Of a stretch of 64,000 nt of DNA, positions 39,120 through 48,790 are shown piece after piece. The position numbers were made by a program, and so were the translations under genes. Within the stretch, counting starts at the first letter, position 1. Every line of letters begins with the position of its first letter. Below the pieces are notes generated by a model. That model ran no database searches, was not told the DNA's origin, and worked only from the letters and a program-made list of their open reading frames with translations. The stretch is from an uncultured Planctomycetia bacterium (GTDB lineage Bacteria > Omnitrophota > Gorgyraeia > Tantalellales > Tantalellaceae), in the NCBI GenBank assembly GCA_964409365.1, contig CAYPCX010000007.1, forward strand, positions 18,655 through 82,654. The letters are read 5' to 3'.

Positions 39120-39848
39120 ATGCGCAGGATCGTGTACGGCCAGAGCATGATGCCATTTCTCAGGATGCTGGATGAATGCGTCTGCAAAAGTATAGACCCT
39201 CTTCAGATAAGTGCAGGAGATATAGTAACCTACCGCATACCCGATTGTGGTGCCACTGCCATTCACCGGGTCCTATATGTGAACAAGGAAGAAAAACATA
39301 TTGTAGCCAAGGGCGACAATATTCTTTCTGTCCCCGGTGACATAGTGCCTTTTTCGGAGGTGAAGGAAAAGGTGGTAACTGTTAAAAGGGGGGACAGGGT
39401 CTTTGATCTGGATACTTTTCCCCGCAGACGGGCGAACGCTCTTATCGCGTTCCTTTCCCGTCATAACCTGACGCCGTTTTTGGTCAAAAGGAGATTCCTT
39501 TCGCCGGTATTATTGAGTATTTCAAGAAAAAAGATCTACAAAGATGCGAGGAAGAGATATTATAAAAAGCTCTTTTTCACGTCCTATAGAAGCGGGGAGG
39601 GCCTTCGCTTTTTTGCTTTCGTGGGCAAGACAAAGAGCGCGGATGCCCTGATAAAAGAAAAGTCTGGATGCGGCGTGATAGTGAGCGCGCGTATCAGGCA
39701 CAGGGACAGGAACGAAGAGTTCGCCCGCGTATTCCTTGACAAGATCATAGAAGCGGCGGACAGGCAGTATGGCTCGGAGCATGATATCCATATAACCGAT
39801 GATACTTTCGAGGACCTTTTTTTGACTCCCACCGAATATAATGCATAA
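39120..39848 (+). CDS. Sec11/SipW-type (Ser-His dyad, ER/archaeal-type) signal peptidase I homolog with about 120-aa C-terminal extension
   Basis: YGQSMMPFL (catalytic Ser box), GDIVTYRI, AIHRVLYV (HRV His box as in SipW/Sec11 rather than bacterial KR), KGDN. The C-terminal 120 aa have no recognisable family. Confidence 0.55.
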   Translation: MRRIVYGQSMMPFLRMLDECVCKSIDPLQISAGDIVTYRIPDCGATAIHRVLYVNKEEKHIVAKGDNILSVPGDIVPFSEVKEKVVTVKRGDRVFDLDTFPRRRANALIAFLSRHNLTPFLVKRRFLSPVLLSISRKKIYKDARKRYYKKLFFTSYRSGEGLRFFAFVGKTKSADALIKEKSGCGVIVSARIRHRDRNEEFARVFLDKIIEAADRQYGSEHDIHITDDTFEDLFLTPTEYNA

Positions 39849-40983
39849 CATAGAACTTTTCCCGGCTTTGGGTTTCGATCTTTCCGCTTTAAGCGATGAA
39901 AAAAAGCTCATCGTCCTTTTTTCCAGGACGGATCTTGATGATGATATCCGGACGCAGGCGGAGTCCATACTTCACCCGGATAAAGTGGACTGGGACCGTT
40001 TCCTTGAGCTTGCCAACGTAAATCAGGTAACCTCTCTTTTTTACAGGTCCATTCAGCGGGTCGACGGCATTCCCGAAAAGGTGCTGGCCCGTTTGAGGGA
40101 ATGGTCGGCCGATATCTTCGCTTATAACATTAGGAACTTTGACGCCGCGAGGAGGCTTTCGGAACTTTTCCGCGAGGAAGAGATGGAGATCATTTTCACG
40201 AAGGGGCTTCCGTATCTCATTGATATATATGAAGATATGGGGCTCAGGGAGATGGCGGACGTCGATATTTTAGTGAAGCCGGAGGATATTCGCAAGGTGG
40301 ACATGCTGCTGGAAGGCGAAGGGTTCGCTCCTTTCGAAGAAAAGGAAGGGCTTGACGATTACAGGGCCCAGAAACTGTATTTTCGGGGTGACGGGATACA
40401 CCTGGACGTGCACAGGGGTTTTGTCGGGCGCATGCTGCACAACAGGGTCTTGGGAATAGATCCGGAAAAGGCCTGGGAGAATAAAAGAGAGCTCAGAAGG
40501 GACGATGTCCGCATTGATACACTTGACCTCACTCATACGCTTGTTTACCAGTGCCTGCACCTTTCCATGCAGCACAGTTTTTCCGGGATAAGGTGGTACG
40601 TCGACATCAATGAGTTCGTGAGAAAGTATGAGAAAGAGATCGATTGGGACAGGCTGGTCGACGCCGCGGGGGAGTACAGGATCAGGAAGCCCGTTTATTA
40701 TTCGCTTCTTTTTACGAAGGACATGTTCGATGCTCCCGTGCCCGGCCGGGTCATGAAAGAACTGAGCGGGGCAACGGGCAGGTGGGACCGGTGGTTCTTC
40801 CGCCGGATAAAGGCGAACGCGACGGGCGTGGATTATCTCGCGGAACTGGCGATGTTCGACAACTGCCTGGATGCCGCAAAGTTCATCATGCTGAGTTTCG
40901 TGTTTTATCCTCGCCGGATATTGCATTTTTTCGGGATATCAGGCAGTATATTTAAGGCATTACTATGGAAAAAGAAAAGTTGA
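39841..40983 (+). CDS. nucleotidyltransferase family protein (uncharacterised nucleotidyltransferase, NTP_transf_5-like)
   Basis: 380 aa. ADVDILVKPEDIRKVDMLLEGEGF (GS/D..D nucleotidyltransferase core context). Same length and architecture as the NTP_transf_5 proteins seen in lasso-peptide and PqqD-containing clusters. Confidence 0.55.
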   Translation: MHNIELFPALGFDLSALSDEKKLIVLFSRTDLDDDIRTQAESILHPDKVDWDRFLELANVNQVTSLFYRSIQRVDGIPEKVLARLREWSADIFAYNIRNFDAARRLSELFREEEMEIIFTKGLPYLIDIYEDMGLREMADVDILVKPEDIRKVDMLLEGEGFAPFEEKEGLDDYRAQKLYFRGDGIHLDVHRGFVGRMLHNRVLGIDPEKAWENKRELRRDDVRIDTLDLTHTLVYQCLHLSMQHSFSGIRWYVDINEFVRKYEKEIDWDRLVDAAGEYRIRKPVYYSLLFTKDMFDAPVPGRVMKELSGATGRWDRWFFRRIKANATGVDYLAELAMFDNCLDAAKFIMLSFVFYPRRILHFFGISGSIFKALLWKKKS

Positions 40984-41504
40984 GAGAGGTCTGGTGGACT
41001 ATAGCCGCGGCGTATGTCCTGGTTATCTATTCCACCCTTACGGTCGCGCCGAGTATATGGGAAAGTATCGATGTTTTCTTCGGCGGCAAGGCCATAATTG
41101 TCCTGTATTCTCTTTACTTCATAGCTGTCGTTTCTGTTCTGTATTATCTCATCCATGTAAAAAGAGAAATGTTCATTCTGACCTATATACTTTTTTTCCT
41201 TTTCATCGCTATCCTGTTCATGCTGACGAAGCTCGTAAAGAGTCCCGCGGAAAAGATACACTTGGCCGAGTACGCGATATTGGGAGTCATTTTATACAAC
41301 GCTTTAAAGGTGGATCTCGATGTTTACGGCGGAAAGCTTTATTTGTACGGTTCTCTCATCTGCGTTTTAGCGGGTTTTGGCGACGAAATAATACAGAAGT
41401 TCCTCCCCGGCAGGTTCTTCGGGTGGAAAGACGTCACCGTTAACGCCGTCAGTGGTATAATAGCCCTGCTTATGATCAGGTTCGTTGTCCTGAAAAAAAG
41501 TTAG
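40965..41504 (+). CDS. VanZ-like family membrane protein
   Basis: Four TM helices and the GFGDEIIQKFLPGRFFGWKDV motif typical of VanZ-like proteins. Overlaps the upstream gene by 19 nt. Confidence 0.6.
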   Translation: MEKEKLREVWWTIAAAYVLVIYSTLTVAPSIWESIDVFFGGKAIIVLYSLYFIAVVSVLYYLIHVKREMFILTYILFFLFIAILFMLTKLVKSPAEKIHLAEYAILGVILYNALKVDLDVYGGKLYLYGSLICVLAGFGDEIIQKFLPGRFFGWKDVTVNAVSGIIALLMIRFVVLKKS

Positions 41505-41525
41505 AAAAATATCCCTCAAAATTCT

Positions 41526-41554
41526 TTACAAGTTGTAAAGCTAAGTGATAAAAT
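41526..41554 (+). promoter_or_regulatory. putative sigma70 promoter overlapped by a 17-bp perfect palindrome (CTTTACAAGTTGTAAAG, 41524-41540)
   Basis: TTTACA at 41526-41531, 17-nt spacer, TAAAAT at 41549-41554. The palindrome covers the -35 element. 45 nt upstream of the receiver gene. Confidence 0.35.
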
Positions 41555-41598
41555 AAGTAACGCCGCTCGACGGTCGGTGACAGGGAAAGAAGAGCATA

Positions 41599-41955
41599 AT
41601 GCCGGAACATAGAAGAGTAGTAATAGCAGACGATAACAGGGAGATATGCGAACTGATCTCGGATGTCCTCGGACATTCGGGATACAACGTAGATACGGTA
41701 TATAACGGTTATGAGCTTTTGTCCTATCTGGAGAATAACAACCCTTCCATAATAATACTTGATCTGATGATGCCGGAGAAGACCGGCCTTTCTATCCTCA
41801 GCACGCTCAAACAGGTATCCCCTTATGCCCGTATCATCATCTATACGGGTTACCAGGAATATGAGAACAGCGTCTACGCCAGGACGGCGGACAGGTTCCT
41901 TGTGAAGGGCGGGAGCATGGAGGACCTGATCCAGGCCGTGCAGGACCTGACCTGA
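41599..41955 (+). CDS. single-domain response regulator (CheY-like receiver)
   Basis: RVVIADDNREI...IIILDLMMPEKTGLSIL...FLVKG receiver signature, 118 aa. Confidence 0.8.
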   Translation: MPEHRRVVIADDNREICELISDVLGHSGYNVDTVYNGYELLSYLENNNPSIIILDLMMPEKTGLSILSTLKQVSPYARIIIYTGYQEYENSVYARTADRFLVKGGSMEDLIQAVQDLT

Positions 41956-43080
<1,125 letters not shown>

Positions 43081-43108
43081 TATCCAACATCTAAGATCTA
43101 ACATCTGA
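43081..43108. repeat. heptamer-periodic degenerate repeats (tatccaa catctaa gatctaa catctga)
   Basis: Read directly. Reverse complement resembles the gatgttagat units at 46741-46790. Confidence 0.6.
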
Positions 43109-43135
43109 CTTGTCGTTCTCTTCTTATATACACTG

Positions 43136-43163
43136 TTGCAATTTCAGCGAATTTTAGTATACT
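43136..43163 (+). promoter_or_regulatory. putative sigma70 promoter for yajC-secDF
   Basis: TTGCAA at 43136-43141, 16-nt spacer, TATACT at 43158-43163. ggaagga RBS before the ATG at 43222. Confidence 0.35.
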
Positions 43164-43221
43164 TATACATATCTTATCTTGATTTACCTGCCAAAATAAC
43201 ATACTGAGGAAGGAGCATTAC

Positions 43222-43551
43222 ATGTTAACATTAGCATTTGCCCAGGAACAGGCTGCACAGGCTGGAACGGGAGCGGTCAGGGCCAACCCGATAATGGGCC
43301 TCATGCCGATATTCCTGATATTCATCATTTTCTATTTCCTGCTCATACGTCCGCAGAAGAAGACGCAGCAGGACCATGCCAAGATGCTCGGGGCCCTCCA
43401 GAAGAACGACGAGGTCGTCACTTCGGGCGGCATACACGGTACGATCGTCAATATCCAGGATGATGTGGTGACGCTGCGCATAGATGACAATACGAGGGTA
43501 AAGATACAGAAGGCGTCGATAGCCAGGCTCAAAAAGACCAAATCAGAATAG
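43222..43551 (+). CDS. yajC: preprotein translocase subunit YajC
   Basis: 109 aa, single TM (LMPIFLIFIIFYFLLIRPQKK) and VVTSGGIHGTIV motif. Position between tgt and secD. Confidence 0.85.
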   Translation: MLTLAFAQEQAAQAGTGAVRANPIMGLMPIFLIFIIFYFLLIRPQKKTQQDHAKMLGALQKNDEVVTSGGIHGTIVNIQDDVVTLRIDDNTRVKIQKASIARLKKTKSE

Positions 43552-43570
43552 AAGGAGGGATCACGGGAAT

Positions 43571-45799
43571 ATGGGTAAGAATCTCAAGTGGAAAGCTTTG
43601 TTGATAGTCCTTGTGGCGGCCGCTGCCATATGGTTTTCATACCCGCCGTTGGACGTGGTTGACCGGGAAGGGAACGTTGCCCAGGAAGGCAAGATAAACC
43701 TTGGGCTCGACCTGCAGGGCGGCATGCACCTTGTGCTCGAGGTGGATACCTCGAAACTTTCCGCGAACGAGGCGAAAGACGCGCCCCAGCGCGCGCTTGA
43801 GATCATACGCAACAGGATAGACCAGTTCGGCGTGTTGGAACCGGTGATACAGCTTCAGGGCAACAACAGGCTGCTCGTGCAGCTTCCGGGCATAACCGAC
43901 AGGCAAAGGGCCAAGGATATAATCGGGAAGACGGCCCACCTGGAATTCCGGCTGGTATCCGATGACCCCGATCTTTTAAAGAAGGCTACGGGAGGCGAGA
44001 TAGTAGCAGGATACGAGCTGAAGACCATCAAGAGAAGGGACGATTCGGAAGAGCAGGTCCTGATAGCTGAGGAAGCGGTCCTTACCGGGGACCTCCTTGT
44101 GGACGCTACAACGGAGTTCAGCCAGCAGGGCTTCGGCCAGCCCTATGTCTCGCTCGAGCTTAACGATAAAGGCGCCGACATATTCGCGGACGTGACGGGC
44201 CGTAACGTGGGCAAGCGCCTGGCCGTGGTGCTCGACGGCGAAGTGAACACCGCGCCCGTGATACGGGAGAGGATACCTTCCGGCAGGGCGCAGATAACCG
44301 GCAATTTCTCGCTCCAGGAAGCGAAGGATATCGCCCTCATCCTGCGGGCCGGTGCTTTACCCGCCCCGGTAGAGATCATCGAGGAGAGAAGCGTGGGCCC
44401 GGCGCTCGGGAAGGATTCCGTCCGGCAGGGTATCAACGCCATCATCATAGGCGGTATCCTGGTGCTTTCGTTCATGGCTATATATTACCTGCTCGCGGGG
44501 CTCATAGCCGACATGGCCCTTGTGCTTAACATAGTGCTCATAACGGGCGCGCTTTCATATTTTAAAGCCACGCTTACGCTTCCCGGTATAGCGGGTCTTG
44601 TGCTCACCATCGGTATGGCGGTCGACGCCAATGTCCTGATCTTCGAGAGGATACGCGAGGAATCGAGGCTCGGTAAGTCTCTCAGGGCGGCCATCCACGC
44701 GGGGTACGACAAGGCTTTCTGGACCATCCTTGACGCTAACGTGACGACGCTCATCACCGCGCTGATACTCTTCCAGTTCGGGACCGGGCCGGTGAGAGGG
44801 TTCGCGACTACTTTGAGCATAGGTATCCTGGCCAGCATGTTCACCGCGCTCGTCGTCACGCGTGTCGTGTTCGACCTTATCACGATCGCCAGGCCGCAGA
44901 TGGAGAAGCTCCCCATGCTGCAGTTCTTCAGCCAGCCGAACATACCGTTCGTTAATATACGCAAGGGAGCGTACGCTTTTTCGGTGATCCTGATAATCCT
45001 GGGGATGTCGCTTTTTATCCACCGGGGCGAGAAGAATTACGGTGTGGATTTTACGGGAGGCACGCTTCACCAGTTCCGGTTCACCGAGGTCGTCCCCGTC
45101 GATGAGGTGAGGTCCATCCTCGCGGGTGTCGGGCTCGGGGAGTCGTCCATCCAGCAGTTCGGGGAAGGCAAGGAAATGATAATCAGGTCGTATGCCGGGA
45201 AGACCGAGGATATCGTCTCCAGCCTGAAGGAAAGGTATGGCGTGGATTCCGTCGAGGTCCTGAGGGTGGAAACGGTGGGCCCGGCGGTAGGCGAAGACCT
45301 CAGGAGGGCGGCTATCAAGGCGCTTATCTTCGCCATGATAGGGATATGTATCTATATATCGTTAAGGTTCGAGTTCAGGTTCGCCGTCACGGCGATCATA
45401 GCGATCATCCACGATCTTCTGGTCAGTCTGGGGATGATCGCCCTTACCGGGAGGGAGATATCGCTGCCTGTCATTGCGGCTCTGTTGACCATCGTGGGTT
45501 ATTCCATAAACGATACGATAGTCCTTTTTGACCGGATAAGGGAGGACAGGAAGTTCATGCGCAAGGCCGGCCAGGAAGAGATAATCAACACCAGTATAAA
45601 CCAGACGCTTTCGAGGACGGTGCTCACGTCGCTTACAACGCTGCTCGTTGTCCTGGCCCTGTTCTTTGTCGGCGGCAAGGTCATCAACGATTTCGCTTTC
45701 GTGCTGATGGTCGGCGTGCTGGTCGGTACTTATTCTTCAATATTCATCGCAAGCCCGCTCCTTATAGACTGGCCGGGGCGGAGGGTAGTAAGACGGTGA
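43571..45799 (+). CDS. secDF: fused protein-export membrane protein SecD/SecF
   Basis: 742 aa. SecD periplasmic domain plus 6 TM, then SecF repeat (second set of TMs from about residue 440). Confidence 0.9.
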   Translation: MGKNLKWKALLIVLVAAAAIWFSYPPLDVVDREGNVAQEGKINLGLDLQGGMHLVLEVDTSKLSANEAKDAPQRALEIIRNRIDQFGVLEPVIQLQGNNRLLVQLPGITDRQRAKDIIGKTAHLEFRLVSDDPDLLKKATGGEIVAGYELKTIKRRDDSEEQVLIAEEAVLTGDLLVDATTEFSQQGFGQPYVSLELNDKGADIFADVTGRNVGKRLAVVLDGEVNTAPVIRERIPSGRAQITGNFSLQEAKDIALILRAGALPAPVEIIEERSVGPALGKDSVRQGINAIIIGGILVLSFMAIYYLLAGLIADMALVLNIVLITGALSYFKATLTLPGIAGLVLTIGMAVDANVLIFERIREESRLGKSLRAAIHAGYDKAFWTILDANVTTLITALILFQFGTGPVRGFATTLSIGILASMFTALVVTRVVFDLITIARPQMEKLPMLQFFSQPNIPFVNIRKGAYAFSVILIILGMSLFIHRGEKNYGVDFTGGTLHQFRFTEVVPVDEVRSILAGVGLGESSIQQFGEGKEMIIRSYAGKTEDIVSSLKERYGVDSVEVLRVETVGPAVGEDLRRAAIKALIFAMIGICIYISLRFEFRFAVTAIIAIIHDLLVSLGMIALTGREISLPVIAALLTIVGYSINDTIVLFDRIREDRKFMRKAGQEEIINTSINQTLSRTVLTSLTTLLVVLALFFVGGKVINDFAFVLMVGVLVGTYSSIFIASPLLIDWPGRRVVRR

Positions 45800-45826
45800 T
45801 TCCCGTCGACACTTCGGCGCTGCGTC

Positions 45827-46714
45827 ATGCTGCATTTCAATGAAAAGGGGTATAAGGAAGGCGAAAAAGGCGCCTGGCTGGGGATACTCACCAATATCCT
45901 TCTTTTCGCGATCAAGTTCGCCGCGGGGGTTTTGGGCAGGTCCCAGGCGATGGTGGCCGACGCTTTCCATACCGCGAGCGACGCGTTCACCAGCATAGGT
46001 GTGCTGATAGGGTTCAAGATAGCGCAGAGGCCCCCCGACAAGCACCATCCTTTAGGGCACGGGCGGGCGGAATCGATAGTCGCGAAGATAGTATCTCTTA
46101 TCCTCATACTGGTCGGCCTGGAGGTCGCCTACCACTCGGCGAGGGTCCTTATCGCCGGGAAGATGACGGAACCCGGGAACATAGCTCTGGTGGTGGTCAT
46201 CATCTCCATAATCGTGAAAGAGATGACATACCGCCGGGTGATCGCCGTCAGCAGCAGGATAAAGAGCCTTTCGCTTAAGACGGACGCTTACCATCACCGG
46301 AGCGACGTGCTTTCATCCGTGGCGGCTCTCGTGGGTATAGTGGGAGCCAAGTTCGGCCATACGTTCATGGACCCGCTGGCCGGTATAGTCGTAGGCGCTT
46401 TTATCATAAAGATCGGGGCGGAAGCGTTCCACGCGGCTTACGATGAACTGATGGACGCCGCGCCCTCGGAGGAGTTCAAGGGGAAGGTGCGGGGAATAGT
46501 CGCCGGCGTAGAGGGCGTAAAAGAAGTGAAGGACATAATGGCAAGGAAGACGGGGATCGAGTATTTCCTCGAGGTTATTATAGGAGTGGACGCTACGAAG
46601 ACGGTAGAGGAAGGCCACACCGTTACCATGAAGATAAAGAGGGATATGTTCAAGGCGATGCCGGATGTAAGGGACGTTATAGTCCACGTCGAGCCTTGCG
46701 GCGCATCCGATTAA
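45827..46714 (+). CDS. cation diffusion facilitator family metal efflux transporter
   Basis: AIKFAAGVLGRSQAMVADAFHTASD, six TMs, C-terminal cytoplasmic domain ending VHVEP. Confidence 0.85.
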   Translation: MLHFNEKGYKEGEKGAWLGILTNILLFAIKFAAGVLGRSQAMVADAFHTASDAFTSIGVLIGFKIAQRPPDKHHPLGHGRAESIVAKIVSLILILVGLEVAYHSARVLIAGKMTEPGNIALVVVIISIIVKEMTYRRVIAVSSRIKSLSLKTDAYHHRSDVLSSVAALVGIVGAKFGHTFMDPLAGIVVGAFIIKIGAEAFHAAYDELMDAAPSEEFKGKVRGIVAGVEGVKEVKDIMARKTGIEYFLEVIIGVDATKTVEEGHTVTMKIKRDMFKAMPDVRDVIVHVEPCGASD

Positions 46715-46740
46715 CCCGGAAACAATATGCAGGTTAACGG

Positions 46741-46887
46741 GTTTTGATATTAGATGTTAGATGTTGGATGTTAGATATTTGATGTTAGATTTTAGTTGTT
46801 AGTTTTTAGTTCTTAGTTTTTAGTCGTACAACTCATAACTAACAACTCACAACTCAATACTCAATACTTTATACTTGATACTTATGA
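46741..46887. repeat. 147-bp (21 x 7) heptamer-periodic degenerate array with three unit sub-families (tgttaga / ttttagt / ctcacaa-ctcaata)
   Basis: Read in register from 46741: gttttga tattaga tgttaga tgttgga tgttaga tatttga tgttaga ttttagt tgttagt ttttagt tcttagt ttttagt cgtacaa ctcataa ctaacaa ctcacaa ctcaata ctcaata ctttata cttgata cttatga. The last unit contains the recJ ATG. Confidence 0.85.
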
Positions 46888-48578
46888 GAAAGATCTGGAA
46901 ACCGCTCGACGCGAATCCACGGCTGCAAAAAAAACTCAGCGATGAGCTCGGAATATCACCGGTCTTCGCGCAGCTTCTTTTGAACAGGAATATCAGGACT
47001 CCGGAGGAAGCCCAGTTCTTTCTTTTCGGCGACCTCACGCATTGTCACGACCCGTCCCTCCTGAAAGACATGGAAAAGGCGGTGCGGCGGATAAAGCAGG
47101 CGGTCGAGAAGAGAGAAAAGATACTTATCTACGGCGATTATGACGTGGACGGGGTGACCTCCACGGCTCTCCTCGCGAACGTATTCGGGGAGATCGGAGC
47201 CGATTTCGAGACGTTCATACCGAACCGGCTGGAAGAGGGCTACGGCCTGAACCTCGGGGCCGTCGCGGTGGCGAGGGAACGCGGCATAGGCCTCATCGTT
47301 ACGGTAGATTGCGGCATCAATTCCGTGAAGGAGGTCGAATGCGCGAACGGTTACGGCATCGACGTGATCGTGACCGACCACCACGAGGTGAAAGCGGACG
47401 AACATCCGCCGGCCTACGCCATTATCGATCCTCACCAGGCCGACTGCCGGTATCCGTTCAAATACCTGGCAGGGGTAGGGGTCGCGTACAAGCTGGCCCG
47501 CGCCCTGATGCGGGGGTACGAGGATTCCGTGGACAGGCATCTTGACCTTGTGGCGCTCGGGACGGTGGCCGATATCGCCCCGCTTCACGGCGAGAACAGG
47601 ATCCTCACGAAGCTCGGTATGAACCGGCTCAAGGGTACTGACAAGCTCGGCCTTAAGGCGCTCATGGACGTGGCCAGGATAAGCCCGGAAAAACTTACCT
47701 GCAGGCATATAGGTTTTATATTAGGGCCCCGTATAAACGCGATGGGGCGCGTGGGGTCGGCGAACGTCGCGCTGGAGCTCCTTTTGATGAAGGACGCCGC
47801 GGAAGCGAAAAAGCTTGCCAACGTTCTTGAAAGAGAGAACAGGAACCGCCAGGCCATAGAAAAGGGTATCTTGAAGCAGGCGGTCGAAAAGGTGGAAGAA
47901 CTGATGGCCTTTGGCGAACAGAACGCCATCGTCCTGGCGGACGAGGCGTGGCATCCGGGCGTTATAGGTATCGTCGCGTCCAGGTTGACCGAGGAATATG
48001 GTGTCCCGGCGGTCCTGATCGCGCTCGAAGGCGAAAAGGGAAAGGGGTCCGGCCGGAGCGTCGACGGGTTCAACCTGTTCGAAGCGATCATGGAGGCGGA
48101 GGAACACCTTATAGATTTCGGCGGGCACGAAGCGGCCTGCGGCGTCAGGATAAAAAAAGAGAAAGTGGATGCTTTCAGGGAAAAACTCAATAAAGTAGCC
48201 GAAGGATATTTCGCGGGGAGGGAAGCGACCCTTCCTGAACTGGATATAGACCTGAGCCTGCCGTTCTCCCGGATAGGGGGCAACCTGGTGAATGAGCTCC
48301 AGCTTTTGATGCCTTACGGCCCCGGCAACAGTGAACCGGTCTTTTCGACCGGCGGCATCAAAGTGAAGAACACGCCGCGCGAGATCGGCAGGAACGGTTT
48401 CAAGTTCCTCGCCAACTGCGGTAACCTTACCTGGGAGGCAGTGACCTTCAGGAAGAATGAGGTGCTGAAACCGAAGGCAGGGAACAAGATCAATCTCGCC
48501 TATACGCCGTCCATTAACAGCTGGGACGGTATCGACTCCATCCAGCTCAATATCAAGGATATACAGGTAGTAAACTGA
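46884..48578 (+). CDS. recJ: single-stranded-DNA-specific exonuclease RecJ
   Basis: DHH motifs (ILIYGDYDVDGVTS, VTVDCG, IVTDHHE), DHHA1, C-terminal OB-like domain. ATG 46884 preferred over the upstream TTG 46875. Confidence 0.85.
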   Translation: MRKIWKPLDANPRLQKKLSDELGISPVFAQLLLNRNIRTPEEAQFFLFGDLTHCHDPSLLKDMEKAVRRIKQAVEKREKILIYGDYDVDGVTSTALLANVFGEIGADFETFIPNRLEEGYGLNLGAVAVARERGIGLIVTVDCGINSVKEVECANGYGIDVIVTDHHEVKADEHPPAYAIIDPHQADCRYPFKYLAGVGVAYKLARALMRGYEDSVDRHLDLVALGTVADIAPLHGENRILTKLGMNRLKGTDKLGLKALMDVARISPEKLTCRHIGFILGPRINAMGRVGSANVALELLLMKDAAEAKKLANVLERENRNRQAIEKGILKQAVEKVEELMAFGEQNAIVLADEAWHPGVIGIVASRLTEEYGVPAVLIALEGEKGKGSGRSVDGFNLFEAIMEAEEHLIDFGGHEAACGVRIKKEKVDAFREKLNKVAEGYFAGREATLPELDIDLSLPFSRIGGNLVNELQLLMPYGPGNSEPVFSTGGIKVKNTPREIGRNGFKFLANCGNLTWEAVTFRKNEVLKPKAGNKINLAYTPSINSWDGIDSIQLNIKDIQVVN

Positions 48579-48790
48579 TTTAATGTTTGAGAGGATTTTC
48601 GGGGACGTGAATTTTTTAACAAAGAAGAGTACCCCGTGCTCAAACAGTTTTTGCCTCGCATGTTCACGACAGCAAAAAAACTGCGCGCGGGACACTCTCC
48701 TCTGTTTAAATAGCATGGGCGGAACGATTAAAACCACTCAACCATAGAACTATTTTTCAACAGAAATAAGCGACGAGCTGGGTGGGGTAC

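Noticed and set aside
46741-46887. Considered whether the heptamer arrays are CRISPR arrays or minisatellite-coded peptides.
   Set aside because: Units are 7 bp with no unique spacers and no cas genes nearby. No open reading frame spans them with a start and RBS, apart from the last unit providing the recJ ATG.
47721-48737. 338-aa and 232-aa minus-strand ORFs.
   Set aside because: Antisense to recJ, whose DHH/DHHA1 motifs are clear on the + strand.
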